Below are positions 12,764-22,768 of a stretch of DNA of 64,000 bases, one piece after another. The stretch is from the NCBI GenBank assembly GCA_965221695.1, contig OZ244905.1:352001-416000 (forward strand). The letters are read 5' to 3'. Below the pieces are notes generated by a model. The model saw only the letters and a list, made by a program, of their open reading frames with translations. It did not search any database and was not told the DNA's origin. This stretch comes from Gammaproteobacteria bacterium. GTDB lineage: Bacteria; Pseudomonadota; Gammaproteobacteria; Eutrophobiales; Eutrophobiaceae. Every line of letters starts with the position of its first letter. Within the stretch, counting starts at the first letter, position 1. The translations under genes were made by a program, and so were the position numbers.

Positions 12764-13652
12764 CGATCCGGAATTCAAGGCCGGATACGTAGCTATCGTC
12801 GGCCGTCCCAATGTTGGCAAATCGACACTGTTAAACCGGTTGATTGAACATAAGGTCAGTATTGTCACTCGCAAGCCGCAGACGACGCGCTGGCGGATTA
12901 GAGGAATTAAATCAACACCGGAATATCAGATAGTCTATACCGACACGCCTGGTTACCAGGATACCCACCACAACGCGATGAATCGTTATATGAACAAAGA
13001 GGCAGTCAACTCATTGTTCCATATCGATCTGGTTTTGTTTGTTGTTGAAGCGCGCAAGTGGGAGCACAACGATGCGCTGGTTGCCAATGTGTTAAAGGAA
13101 GTCAGCGCGCCGTTGATACTGGTCATCAATAAGATGGATTTGCTGAAAGAGCGCACAATCCTGTTGCCATATATTGATATCCTGAAAGAAAAGCTGTCAT
13201 TTGCGGAGATTGTGCCGCTCAGCGCCCGACGCCGGAAAGATACAGAGCGATTGGAACGCAAAATCGTAGCCATGCTGCCGCCAGGAGATCCGTTGTTTCC
13301 TGCCGACCAGGTCAGCGATCGCAGCGCTCGTTTTCTGGCGGCCGAATATATAAGAGAAAAAGTGATGGAGCGTTTGGGCGATGAGCTGCCTTACCGAACA
13401 ACTGTGACGATTGATATCTTCGAAGATGAACCGACGCTGTTGAGGCTATGCGCCACCATCTGGGTAGAACGCCGCTCACAGCGCGCTATCCTTATCGGAG
13501 AAAGTGGCAAGATGCTTAAATCGATAGGCGCCGACGCGCGTATTGAGTTGGAAAAATTCTTCACAAAGAAGGTATATCTGCAAACCTGGGTAAAAACAAA
13601 AAAGAACTGGACCGAGGACCTCAAGGCGTTGAAGATGTTGGGATATGACTGA
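12753..13652 (+). CDS. era: GTPase Era
   Basis: GRPNVGKSTL, KPQTTR, DTPG, NKMD, KH domain (ELPY). Confidence 0.97.
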   Translation: MRVNDPEFKAGYVAIVGRPNVGKSTLLNRLIEHKVSIVTRKPQTTRWRIRGIKSTPEYQIVYTDTPGYQDTHHNAMNRYMNKEAVNSLFHIDLVLFVVEARKWEHNDALVANVLKEVSAPLILVINKMDLLKERTILLPYIDILKEKLSFAEIVPLSARRRKDTERLERKIVAMLPPGDPLFPADQVSDRSARFLAAEYIREKVMERLGDELPYRTTVTIDIFEDEPTLLRLCATIWVERRSQRAILIGESGKMLKSIGADARIELEKFFTKKVYLQTWVKTKKNWTEDLKALKMLGYD

Positions 13653-13694
13653 GGAGTCCTGGAGTTTATTGGAAATAACAGGCAATGAAATATC

Positions 13695-14408
13695 ATGAGG
13701 ATTGAACTGAATCCCTGCTATATCCTGCACAGCCGCAACTATCGGGAAACAAGCCTGTTGCTGGACGTGTTTTCGCGACAATACGGCAGGATCAGTCTGG
13801 TGGCAAAAGGTGTCAGAGGACAGAAATCAGATAAACGGGCGTTGCTCCAACCGGGAAGGAGGGTCAATATTGCCTGGACCATGCGTACAGAACTTGGAAC
13901 GCTGACTCGCGCAGAGCCTAGCCACGACAATCCAGCGCGGGGCACAGGCGGACTGTTAACTGTATTTTACATCAACGAATTGCTGACCAGATTGCTGCAC
14001 AGACATGAGCCGCACCCGGAACTGTTTGACTCGTATGCGGAAACGCTGGTGAAATTAACGGATAGCGCGACCGAGCAGGTTACCCTCAGGATATTTGAAA
14101 AACGCTTGCTTGAAGCGCTAGGCTACGGATTGACTCTTAACGCAGATACCAGTGGGAATGTCATCAGACAAGATGATGATTATAATTATCTGCTGGAACG
14201 CGGCCCGGAGCCTGCGCCGCCATCCGGCGCCGGCGAGCTAGCCATATCAGGACGGACATTGCTGGCGTTGGCGGAAGAAAAACTTGACGATAAGCTGGCG
14301 CTGGCAGAAGCCAAACAATTGATGCGCAAGGCGCTGGGCAGACTGTTAGGCAACAAACCCCTGGTCAGCCGGGAGCTTTATCATTTCAGTAATACGATGC
14401 AACACTAA
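13695..14408 (+). CDS. recO: DNA repair protein RecO
   Basis: YILHSRNYRETSLLLDVFS, FEKRLLEALGYG, KPLVSREL; follows era. Confidence 0.95.
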   Translation: MRIELNPCYILHSRNYRETSLLLDVFSRQYGRISLVAKGVRGQKSDKRALLQPGRRVNIAWTMRTELGTLTRAEPSHDNPARGTGGLLTVFYINELLTRLLHRHEPHPELFDSYAETLVKLTDSATEQVTLRIFEKRLLEALGYGLTLNADTSGNVIRQDDDYNYLLERGPEPAPPSGAGELAISGRTLLALAEEKLDDKLALAEAKQLMRKALGRLLGNKPLVSRELYHFSNTMQH

Positions 14409-14416
14409 CAGAAGCC

Positions 14417-15148
14417 ATGAAGCCAATAAAACTGGGCGTTAATATCGATCACGTGGCAACCTTGCGTCAGGCCAGGCTGACCCGTTACCCTGAGCCGGTA
14501 TATGCTGCCATGTTAGCCGAGCAGGCCGGCGCCGACTCCATTACAGTACACTTGCGCGAGGACCGTCGCCATATCCAGGAAAGAGACGTGGCAATGCTCA
14601 AAGATGTGTTGACGGTCCCGGTCAACCTTGAAATGGCGGTTACGGACAAGATGCTGGCGCTGGCGGAAAAACTGCGACCCGAGTACTGCTGTTTTGTGCC
14701 GGAACGACGCGCAGAGCTGACCACCGAAGGAGGATTGGAAGTGGCCGGCCAGTCGAACAGAATACGCGCTGCCTGCGCCAGACTGCAGGCAAATGGTTTC
14801 AAAGTATCATTGTTTATCGATGCGGAAGCCAGCCAGATAGACGCAGCGGTTGAGGCAGGCGCGGACATGATAGAAATCCATACAGGTCACTATGCGGACG
14901 CCCGGAACCCCGACACGCGTGACCTTGAATTCAATAAAATTGTTCGGGCGGTAGAACATGCTTCCGGATCATCTTTGCAGATCAATGCCGGACATGGATT
15001 GCACTACCACAATGTCCAACCGATCGCTTCGCTTGAGCCGGTTGCCGAACTCAATATAGGTCATTCCATTATCGCCAGGGCCGTGTTTTCCGGTCTCTAC
15101 CAGGCGGTCAAGGATATGAGGGCCTTGATGGACGAGACGAGACAGTGA
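14417..15148 (+). CDS. pdxJ: Pyridoxine 5'-phosphate synthase
   Basis: LGVNIDHVATLRQAR, HLREDRRHI, NAGHGL, ELNIGHSI. Confidence 0.97.
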   Translation: MKPIKLGVNIDHVATLRQARLTRYPEPVYAAMLAEQAGADSITVHLREDRRHIQERDVAMLKDVLTVPVNLEMAVTDKMLALAEKLRPEYCCFVPERRAELTTEGGLEVAGQSNRIRAACARLQANGFKVSLFIDAEASQIDAAVEAGADMIEIHTGHYADARNPDTRDLEFNKIVRAVEHASGSSLQINAGHGLHYHNVQPIASLEPVAELNIGHSIIARAVFSGLYQAVKDMRALMDETRQ

Positions 15149-16091
15149 GATGGGCTAACAACCCCTCAAGGTCTGACGGTAATGGCGCGCTAAACTGATA
15201 CGCTCCGCTTGCCTGCAATACAGGCACGGAGATCTTGCTCGCATGCAAAAACATTCGCTTAAGGCCCAAGGCGCGTAATTGCCTGTTGAACTCCCGGTCT
15301 CCATATTTTTTATCGCCGGCAAGCGGATGGCCGATGAAATCGGCATGGACTCTGATTTGATGGGTTCGTCCGGTGCCGGTCCTGACCTTGACGCGGGTCG
15401 CATCGCGGAAAAAGCCCACCGCTTCAAACTCTGATAGAGCAGTCTTCCCATATTCATCAGGTCGCACTTTGCCTTCTCCATAATAGCTCCTGTAACGCTG
15501 CAAAGGACTATCTACTTTGATCAAGGATTTGCGCAACTGTCCATGCAGCAAAGCATCATATTCTTTCCGGACTTTTCCGGATTTCAACGACAGGTTGATC
15601 CGGCGCAGGACCGGCATTTTTTTTGCTACCAGCAAGCAACCGGATGTTTCCTTATCCAGCCGATGGATCAAATGCATACTATCCTCATCACGGTATGCCT
15701 CACGCAGTAGTTCTATCACGCCGAAAAGACTGCCGGTGCCCGCGTGCGCGGGGAGTCCGGCAGGCTTATTGATGACAAGCAGCCTTTCATCCTCGTGCAG
15801 GACACATTTTTTGATCATGTCAACCATATCTACGGGCGGCGCATGTCCGGTTCCTGTCTTTTGCTCAAATACCGGCGGGATACGAATTTCATCCGCTGTT
15901 TGCAATCGGTAATCAGGCTTGACCCGGCTTGCGTTAACTCTGACTTCTCCACGTCGTAACATCTGATAAATTCTACTTTTTGGCATTTTTTGTAGACGGG
16001 AAAGCAGGAAATTGTCAATGCGCCGGCCGGCCTGGTCAGCATCAATGATAATGTTTTCGACTTTGCTTTTTTTAAGATTAATTTGTGACAT
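15108..16091 (-). CDS. rluC: 23S rRNA pseudouridine synthase RluC
   Basis: S4 domain (RRIDNFL..RGEVRVN), HRLDKETSG, TGRTHQIRVH; divergent from rne. Confidence 0.92.
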   Translation of the reverse strand: MSQINLKKSKVENIIIDADQAGRRIDNFLLSRLQKMPKSRIYQMLRRGEVRVNASRVKPDYRLQTADEIRIPPVFEQKTGTGHAPPVDMVDMIKKCVLHEDERLLVINKPAGLPAHAGTGSLFGVIELLREAYRDEDSMHLIHRLDKETSGCLLVAKKMPVLRRINLSLKSGKVRKEYDALLHGQLRKSLIKVDSPLQRYRSYYGEGKVRPDEYGKTALSEFEAVGFFRDATRVKVRTGTGRTHQIRVHADFIGHPLAGDKKYGDREFNRQLRALGLKRMFLHASKISVPVLQASGAYQFSAPLPSDLEGLLAHLTVSSRPSRPSYP

Positions 16092-16102
16092 GTCGCATAT
16101 AT

Positions 16103-16131
16103 TTGCCGTAATGACTTAAGTTTGTTATAGT
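16103..16131 (+). promoter_or_regulatory. sigma70 promoter for rne
   Basis: TTGCCG-N17-TATAGT with extended -10 TG. Confidence 0.55.
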
Positions 16132-16137
16132 GTTCTT

Positions 16138-16544
16138 GCTAAAGCAGATAATGAGATAGCCTGCAAAAATAAGCCATAATATGGCAACTGTCCTCCATGG
16201 GTCCAGAATTTGAGATCAGGAGGCCGATCCTGAACGGATCAGAATACTGTGCTCCTGACCAGACAGCGATGTTCTGATGGAGCATCAAATCTTATGCAGG
16301 AAAACATATTACCAGGTTTCAGCCCACCAGGGATGGAACCGAGCAAACAATATGCATTGAAAACCCGGGCGCAGAATTCAGCCAGGCATGAAGATACGCT
16401 CGTAATGGCAAGCCCGGGATTAACTCGTCGCTGCGTAACCGTAGCGCGATAAGAGATTAACATGGTTCCCGGCATGCGACTGAGGTAAGTGGTCGTTGAC
16501 GGCAGGTCGTAGTTGCGCGAGCCATTGCGTAAAGGACATTTACA
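16138..16544 (+). ncRNA. Long structured rne 5' leader (putative autoregulatory UTR)
   Basis: About 400 nt between the promoter and the rne ATG with several hairpins; long rne leaders are known in gammaproteobacteria. Confidence 0.45.
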
Positions 16545-18563
16545 ATGAAAAGAATGTTGATTAACGCAACTCAGCCGGAAGAGTTGCGTGTGGCGCTAGT
16601 GGATGGCCAACGTCTGTATGATCTTGATATCGAGGCAACAGGCAGAGAACAAAAGAAGTCAAATATCTATAAATGCCGGATAGTCAGGATCGAGCCCAGT
16701 CTTGAAGCTGCTTTCGTCGATTTCGGCGCTGACCGGCATGGATTCCTTCCATTCAAGGAAATCGCCCGCTCCCTGCTGAAACCCAGAAATAACAATGACC
16801 AACGTGGCCGCATCGTCATCAAGGATTCGCTGGAGGTGGGGCAGGAATACATTGTCCAGGTAGAAAAGGAAGAGCGCGGCAACAAAGGCGCCGCGCTGAC
16901 TACGTTTATCAGTCTGGCCGGACGCTATCTGGTGCTTATGCCGAATAATCCCAGAGCAGGGGGCGTTTCCAGGCAAATCGAAGGCAACGACCGCAGCGAC
17001 GCCCGCGAAGCTATGAGCGCGCTGGAAATCCCTCAGGGCATGGGCCTGATACTGCGCACCGCCGGTGTGGGCAAAAGCGCTGAAGAATTGCAATGGGACC
17101 TGGACTACCTGAACGTCCTATGGGATTCCATCAAGACAAGCGCCAAGGATAAATCCGCGCCGTTCCTTATTTACCAGGAAAGCGAGGTCATAATCAGAGC
17201 AATCCGTGATTACCTCAGGAACGATATAGCTGAGATATGGATCGATGATAATGACATTTTCCACCGGGCGCGTGACTTTATGCAACAGGTCATGCCTCAT
17301 AATCTGCAAAAACTGAAGCTCTATTCAGGTAGCGATCCTTTATTCAGCCGCTACCAGATCGAAGGGCAGATTGAAACCGCCTTTGCCCGGGAGGTTCAAC
17401 TTCCGTCCGGTGGCGCGCTAATCATCGACCACACGGAGGCGCTCACATCGATTGACATCAACTCGGCGCGCGCGACCAAAGGCGAAGATATTGAAGAAAC
17501 GGCCTTTACCACTAACCTGGAAGCAGCGGATGAAATCGCGCGGCAGTTGCGACTGCGCGATCTTGGCGGGCTGTTTGTCATAGACTTTATTGACATGACC
17601 AATAACAGAAATCAACGTGAAGTTGAAATTCGTTTGAGAGAGGGGCTGAAGGTGGACCGCGCCAGGGTGCAAACAGGACGTATTTCACGCTTCGGCCTGC
17701 TCGAAATGTCACGCCAGCGATTGCGACCCTCACTGGGAGAATCAAGTCATATTCCTTGCCCGCGCTGCGATGGGCAGGGGACCATTCGCGGGATAAAATC
17801 CCTCTCTCTCTCTGTGCTTCGAATTATTCAGGAAGAGGCGATGAAAGAGTTGACTGCAAAGGTGGTGGCCAAACTGCCGGTTGAAGCCGCCACGTTTCTG
17901 CTGAATGAAAAACGCCAGGCTATTCGCGAAATAGAGCAGCGGCTTGATGTGGAAATAATAATAAGTCCCAATCCGACGATGGAAACGCCTCAATATCTGA
18001 TACAGCGCGTAAACCTGTCAGAGTCTGAGTCCGTTTCATTCCAGAAAGAGAGCTACAAGTTTACTGAGACAAAACAGGATAATGTTGCCGGTAACATCCC
18101 CGATGAGAGCCGAAAAATACCGGAAAAGCCTGCCTTGACTCAGATTATGCCGGACCGGCCCGCGCCAACGTCTAATCCGGAAACAGAGAAAGGACTAGTG
18201 GGTAGGCTATTCAAAAAGTTGTTCGGCGATGACAAAACGCCTGAAAAAAAGGAAGCGCCGGTTAAACCCGGAAAACCTCAGGCTTCGCGCAGCAGGAGTA
18301 GAAACAGGCCTTCCGGTAATAACGCCAGCCGGCAGCCACAACGCAGAGGCGCCAGAAAAAGTGAAGCATCATCGGGCAACGGACAACGCAGACAGGGAAA
18401 CCGTGATCAAGGAAGCAGCGAGAACAGGCAAAACCGTTCCGGCTCAAGAAACAGGAATTCGCGTGAGAGAAGAAAGCCAAGCGCAACCACTGGCGTCAGC
18501 GCTTCGCCTGAGCGCGTAGCGAATAAAATGGAAGCGCCTGTCACAACCACATCGGAAGAGTGA
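16545..18563 (+). CDS. rne: Ribonuclease E with a short C-terminal region
   Basis: [40 protein letters not shown] Zn link, amphipathic [12 protein letters not shown], Arg-rich tail. Confidence 0.97.
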   Translation: MKRMLINATQPEELRVALVDGQRLYDLDIEATGREQKKSNIYKCRIVRIEPSLEAAFVDFGADRHGFLPFKEIARSLLKPRNNNDQRGRIVIKDSLEVGQEYIVQVEKEERGNKGAALTTFISLAGRYLVLMPNNPRAGGVSRQIEGNDRSDAREAMSALEIPQGMGLILRTAGVGKSAEELQWDLDYLNVLWDSIKTSAKDKSAPFLIYQESEVIIRAIRDYLRNDIAEIWIDDNDIFHRARDFMQQVMPHNLQKLKLYSGSDPLFSRYQIEGQIETAFAREVQLPSGGALIIDHTEALTSIDINSARATKGEDIEETAFTTNLEAADEIARQLRLRDLGGLFVIDFIDMTNNRNQREVEIRLREGLKVDRARVQTGRISRFGLLEMSRQRLRPSLGESSHIPCPRCDGQGTIRGIKSLSLSVLRIIQEEAMKELTAKVVAKLPVEAATFLLNEKRQAIREIEQRLDVEIIISPNPTMETPQYLIQRVNLSESESVSFQKESYKFTETKQDNVAGNIPDESRKIPEKPALTQIMPDRPAPTSNPETEKGLVGRLFKKLFGDDKTPEKKEAPVKPGKPQASRSRSRNRPSGNNASRQPQRRGARKSEASSGNGQRRQGNRDQGSSENRQNRSGSRNRNSRERRKPSATTGVSASPERVANKMEAPVTTTSEE

Positions 18564-18591
18564 CTGCCAATTGTTGCAGGCAAACACCGGC

Positions 18592-19563
18592 ATGAACGAT
18601 CCCTGGCAAGACGATACCGAAGAAAAGGAACAGCGCTTCGAGCAAACGCTGGTAAACCGGCTGGCAAGAGAGTTTCTTGCCGAACAACGCCGCGCCAGAC
18701 GCTGGAATATCGCCTTCAAACTATTTTTTACCGCGCTCATGGCAATCTTCCTGGCGGTCTACCTGGTTGGCAAATCGGATATTTCCCCGGGTAGCCTGAA
18801 GGTCGGCAAACATACTGCGCTGATTGACGTACAAGGCATTATTGCTGACAGCGAATACAGCGGCGCCAATTTTGTCTTAGCAGGATTACGCGCGGCTTAC
18901 GAAGACAGCAATACCGCAGGCATCATTATCCGCATCAACAGTCCCGGCGGCAGCCCGGTTCAGGCAGGCTATATCAATGATGAGATAACTCGCCTGAAAA
19001 ATGAATATTCCAATATTCCGGTGTATGCGGTGATCGGCGACCTCTGCGCTTCCGGCGGTTATTATATCGCGGCAGCAGCAGATAGAATCTATGCCGACAA
19101 AGCCAGCCTGGTTGGCTCAATCGGTGTTGTTATGGCCAGTTTTGGTTTTGTCGACGCGCTAAACAAGCTGGGAATAGAGCGACGTATTTACCATGCTGGC
19201 GAACATAAGGCATTTCTGGATCCATTTTCGCCCCAACGGGGTGAAGAACTGGAACATCTTGATCAGCTCTTGTACGATATTTATCAGCAATTTGTAGATA
19301 CCGTCAAAGCAGGACGTGGAGAGCGCCTTGCCGATGATGAAAGAATCTTCTCCGGATTGATATGGACTGGCGAACAATCCGTTGAGTTGGGCTTGGTGGA
19401 CGAGCTTGGCAACGCCGAATATGTTGCCCGGGAGGTTATCGGCGCTGAAGAGATAGTGGACTTCACATACCAGGATACCTGGTTGGAACAATTCTCCCGC
19501 GGACTGGGATCATTCTTTCGCAACCGGGCTAATCTGGCAAATACTCCGTACAGGATGTATTGA
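18592..19563 (+). CDS. S49 family peptidase (SppA-like)
   Basis: INSPGGSPVQ, ASGGYYIA, VGSIGV, N-terminal TM. Confidence 0.92.
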   Translation: MNDPWQDDTEEKEQRFEQTLVNRLAREFLAEQRRARRWNIAFKLFFTALMAIFLAVYLVGKSDISPGSLKVGKHTALIDVQGIIADSEYSGANFVLAGLRAAYEDSNTAGIIIRINSPGGSPVQAGYINDEITRLKNEYSNIPVYAVIGDLCASGGYYIAAAADRIYADKASLVGSIGVVMASFGFVDALNKLGIERRIYHAGEHKAFLDPFSPQRGEELEHLDQLLYDIYQQFVDTVKAGRGERLADDERIFSGLIWTGEQSVELGLVDELGNAEYVAREVIGAEEIVDFTYQDTWLEQFSRGLGSFFRNRANLANTPYRMY

Positions 19564-19577
19564 GAAAGGAGCAAGAA

Positions 19578-19629
19578 TTAAGGAACTTCTGATTCATTTA
19601 TAAATTGATAAATATTTTATTTATCAATT
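19578..19629. repeat. Half copy of family A plus an AT-rich inverted repeat
   Basis: TTAA-GGAACTTCTGATT, then AATTGATAAATA-ttt-TATTTATCAATT between convergent genes. Confidence 0.55.
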
Positions 19630-19644
19630 ATTTATATAATACTA

Positions 19645-20232
19645 TTAAGGTATATTATAACCTTCAATCCGCAACATTCTTTGCAGGCTTATCAACGGCA
19701 GTCCCAGCAGCGCTGTGTTGTCATCACAGCTTATTTTGTCAACAAGGGTAATTCCTCCAGCCTCCGATCTGAAACTTCCGGCACAATCATATGGCTTGTC
19801 CCGGTTCAGATACCGATGAATCTCGGAATCGGTTAGCTCCCGGAAGTGGACCTGTACGGAGACCATGTCAAGTTGGCGGCGTCCACTTCTGCTGTTGACC
19901 AGGCAGACGCCTGTGTAAAATACCACAATTTGCCCGGACATCATTCTGAGTTGGCTGACTGCGTCCGTGTGCCCATCTGGTTTGCTCACGATTTGTCCGT
20001 TTGTCGCAGCGACCTCGTCTGAACCGATAACGAGGGCATTCGGGTAGCGTTTTGCCACTTTCAGGGCCTTGGCGAGCGCTAATCGCTCCACCAGAGCGGC
20101 AGGCGCTTCATCCTTCTTGACGCTTTCATCTATGTTGGGCGGATGACTTCGGAAGGGCAGTTGCAACCGTTCGAGCAAAGCAATGCGATTAACCGAGGAG
20201 GAGGCCAAAATAAGTTCACGTGGCGCAGACAT
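19645..20232 (-). CDS. Maf family nucleotide pyrophosphatase (YceF-like)
   Basis: LILASSS..R, IGSDEV, KP, YDCAGSFRSE, LLGLPL. Confidence 0.92.
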   Translation of the reverse strand: MSAPRELILASSSVNRIALLERLQLPFRSHPPNIDESVKKDEAPAALVERLALAKALKVAKRYPNALVIGSDEVAATNGQIVSKPDGHTDAVSQLRMMSGQIVVFYTGVCLVNSRSGRRQLDMVSVQVHFRELTDSEIHRYLNRDKPYDCAGSFRSEAGGITLVDKISCDDNTALLGLPLISLQRMLRIEGYNIP

Positions 20233-20250
20233 TGTTACATAATGATCGCT

Positions 20251-20301
20251 AACCTGCTGTCAAGTCAATAGTTTGACAGCAGGTTGGACAATCGCTAAAC
20301 T
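20251..20301. promoter_or_regulatory. Back-to-back promoters built on a 13-bp inverted repeat
   Basis: AACCTGCTGTCAA-N9-TTGACAGCAGGTT; on + strand TTGACA-N17-TAAACT (20273-20301). Confidence 0.6.
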
Positions 20302-20311
20302 TCCATTTTTG

Positions 20312-20395
20312 ATGTTGTCGAATCTGCCTCAATACATTGCTTCCTTGCGGCATGTAAAAGAAGATGCCCACTTGCCAGGGCAGGCAGCATTGTAG
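20312..20395 (+). pseudogene. Probable yceD (DUF177) N-terminal remnant, 27 codons
   Basis: MLSNLPQYIASLRHVKEDAHLPGQAAL* lies where yceD normally sits, between the promoter and rpmF. Confidence 0.45.
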
Positions 20396-20439
20396 AAAAC
20401 AAGATTAACAAGGTCATAACGTTGCCGATATATGTCTTA

Positions 20440-20466
20440 GAAACCTCTGATTAAGTCAGAGCTTCT
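20440..20466. repeat. Minimal palindromic repeat (family A)
   Basis: GAAACCTCTGA-TTAAG-TCAGAGCTTCT flanked on both sides by CTTA. Confidence 0.85.
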
Positions 20467-20499
20467 CTTAACATCGGAATAAACAGGAGAATCTGAATT

Positions 20500-20691
20500 A
20501 TGGCTGTACAACAAAGAAAGAAATCAACCGCAAAACGGGACTCACGCCGCGCCCATGACTCGTTATCGCCACCCTGTTTATCAATTGAACCCACGACAGG
20601 CGAGGTGCATCGACGTCATCATGTCAGCGCTGAAGGGTATTATAGGGGTCAAAAAGTACTTGATGCGGAGGATGAGGATGAAGCGGTATAA
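20500..20691 (+). CDS. rpmF: 50S ribosomal protein L32
   Basis: [28 protein letters not shown]; AGGAGA RBS. Confidence 0.96.
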   Translation: MAVQQRKKSTAKRDSRRAHDSLSPPCLSIEPTTGEVHRRHHVSAEGYYRGQKVLDAEDEDEAV

Positions 20692-20717
20692 CCAATTCGG
20701 GTCAATATTGATCTGAA

Positions 20718-21731
20718 ATGGGATACTGTCTTGCGCTTGATGCCATGGGCGGGGATCATGGCCCTGATGAGATTGTCCCCGCAGCAATATACTCACTGAA
20801 AAAACATCGCGAGCTTGAACTCCTGCTGGCAGGGCCGGAACATATCATCAAACCCAGGCTTGCTCACCTTAGCGATGATCTGGCCGTCCGTATTCAGGTG
20901 ATTCATGCGCCTGAGGTGATAACAATGGATGAGGCCCCTTCCGCGGCGCTGCGCAACAAGAAAAAATCATCGATGCGGCTCGCCATCGAACAAGTGCAAC
21001 AGGGACGAGCGCATGCCTGTGTCAGCGCCGGAAACACCGGCGCGTTGATGGCGATCTCACGCTATATTCTCAAGATGTTGCCAGGCATAGACAGGCCAGC
21101 CATTTGTACAATCATCCCGGGCATTGACAGCGACACCCATATACTCGATCTGGGCGCAAACGTCGATTCCGGCCCGGAACAACTGTTTCAGTTTGCTGTG
21201 ATGGGGGCGGAGTTGAGCGAGGCGGTTGAAAATATTAGCGCGCCTAAAGTAGCTTTGTTGAATGTTGGCACAGAAGATAACAAGGGAAATGATCGCGTTA
21301 AAAAGGCAAAAGTACTGTTGGAAAAAAGTCACATCAATTTCATTGGGTTTGTTGAAGGCAACCATATTTACTCCGGCGATGCGAATGTGATTGTGTGTGA
21401 CGGGTTTGTCGGCAATATCGCGTTGAAGGCCAGCGAGGGAGTGGCTGAATTTTTCCTGCATCATGTAGACAACAGTTTTCGCCAGAATCTCTATGCCAAA
21501 CTTGTCGCTCTGTTATCAATACCGATTCTCAAGTCTATCCACAGAAAAACCGACCCCAGACGCCATAATGGAGCCAGCCTGCTCGGACTACGCGGGATCG
21601 TCATCAAAAGTCATGGCAGGGCTGACCGGCTATCATTTGCTCATGCTATCGAAGAGGCAATCCTTGAGGTCGAGAAAAACATACCCGCGCGTATCACCTC
21701 ACGACTGGAAACGCTATTAACCAGGAGTTGA
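20718..21731 (+). CDS. plsX: Phosphate acyltransferase PlsX
   Basis: ALDAMGGDHGP, SAGNTGA, LDLGAN, VIKSHG. Confidence 0.97.
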   Translation: MGYCLALDAMGGDHGPDEIVPAAIYSLKKHRELELLLAGPEHIIKPRLAHLSDDLAVRIQVIHAPEVITMDEAPSAALRNKKKSSMRLAIEQVQQGRAHACVSAGNTGALMAISRYILKMLPGIDRPAICTIIPGIDSDTHILDLGANVDSGPEQLFQFAVMGAELSEAVENISAPKVALLNVGTEDNKGNDRVKKAKVLLEKSHINFIGFVEGNHIYSGDANVIVCDGFVGNIALKASEGVAEFFLHHVDNSFRQNLYAKLVALLSIPILKSIHRKTDPRRHNGASLLGLRGIVIKSHGRADRLSFAHAIEEAILEVEKNIPARITSRLETLLTRS

Positions 21732-21734
21732 GTT

Positions 21735-22691
21735 GTGTCTTATACTCAAATCATTGGTTGCGGTGGCTATCTTCCTGAACGGGTGATGTCCAACGCGGAG
21801 TTGGAAAACCTGGTGGAGACAACAGATGAATGGATCCGGTCAAGAACAGGCATAACACAGCGACACATTGCCAGGGAAGATGAAACCACTTCTGACATGG
21901 CTCACAGCGCATCGTTGCGCGCCATAGAGATGGCCGACATCAATCCTGACACTATCGAACTGATCATCGTCGCCACCTCCACATCCGACCTGATTTACCC
22001 CAGCGCCGCTTGCCTATTGCAAAAAAAACTGGGTTTGCGCAACTGTTCTGCGGCATTTGACGTGCAGGCCGTATGTTCCGGTTTTATTTATGCATTGAGC
22101 ATTGCGGATCAGTTTATCCGCAACGGACAGACACAACGCGCGCTTGTCGTTGGCGCAGACATGAACTCCCGGATCCTGGACTGGACCGACCGTTCCACCT
22201 GTGTGCTGTTCGGAGATGGCGCCGGCGCGGTAGTCCTCAACAACAGCGATTGCCCCGGCATCTACAAAACATTGTTGCATGCCGACGGCGCTTACAGTGA
22301 TTATCTTAAAGTGCCTTCAGGGGTGTCAGCGCCGACAGCAGATCCGTTCATCCGAATGCGCGGCAATGAAGTGTTTAAATTTGCCGTTCAGACAATGGAT
22401 GAGATCGTTACTCAAACGCTGGCAGGGACCGAGTTGGAAAAAAAAGATATAAACTGGCTTGTGCCCCACCAAGCCAACCAGCGCATCATTGTCGCCACGG
22501 TAAAGAAGCTAGGCATGAGTATGGATAACGTAATTATGACTGTAACAAAACATGGCAACACCTCAGCCGCCTCCATACCTCTGGCCTTGGACACCGGCGT
22601 TCGGGATGGACGCATCAAGCGGGGGGATATCATATTAATGGAAGCCGTAGGTGGAGGCTTCACCTGGGGGTCAGCGCTGTTTCGGTATTAA
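21735..22691 (+). CDS. fabH: Beta-ketoacyl-ACP synthase III
   Basis: [23 protein letters not shown]. Confidence 0.97.
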   Translation: MSYTQIIGCGGYLPERVMSNAELENLVETTDEWIRSRTGITQRHIAREDETTSDMAHSASLRAIEMADINPDTIELIIVATSTSDLIYPSAACLLQKKLGLRNCSAAFDVQAVCSGFIYALSIADQFIRNGQTQRALVVGADMNSRILDWTDRSTCVLFGDGAGAVVLNNSDCPGIYKTLLHADGAYSDYLKVPSGVSAPTADPFIRMRGNEVFKFAVQTMDEIVTQTLAGTELEKKDINWLVPHQANQRIIVATVKKLGMSMDNVIMTVTKHGNTSAASIPLALDTGVRDGRIKRGDIILMEAVGGGFTWGSALFRY

Positions 22692-22735
22692 CCCGCCTCT
22701 CTTACAAGCTCCCCCGGAGGCAGATTGAGAGTTTA

Positions 22736-22762
22736 TGATGCTCTGAATTAATCAGAGGTTCC
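22736..22762. repeat. Minimal palindromic repeat (family A) overlapping the fabD RBS region
   Basis: TGATGCTCTGA-ATTAA-TCAGAGGTTCC followed by TTAA; GAGGT ends 9 nt before the fabD ATG. Confidence 0.8.
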
Positions 22763-22768
22763 TTAAAT

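Noticed and set aside
16239-16475. Short ORFs in the rluC-rne intergenic region
   Set aside because: No motifs or clear RBS; better explained as the rne leader
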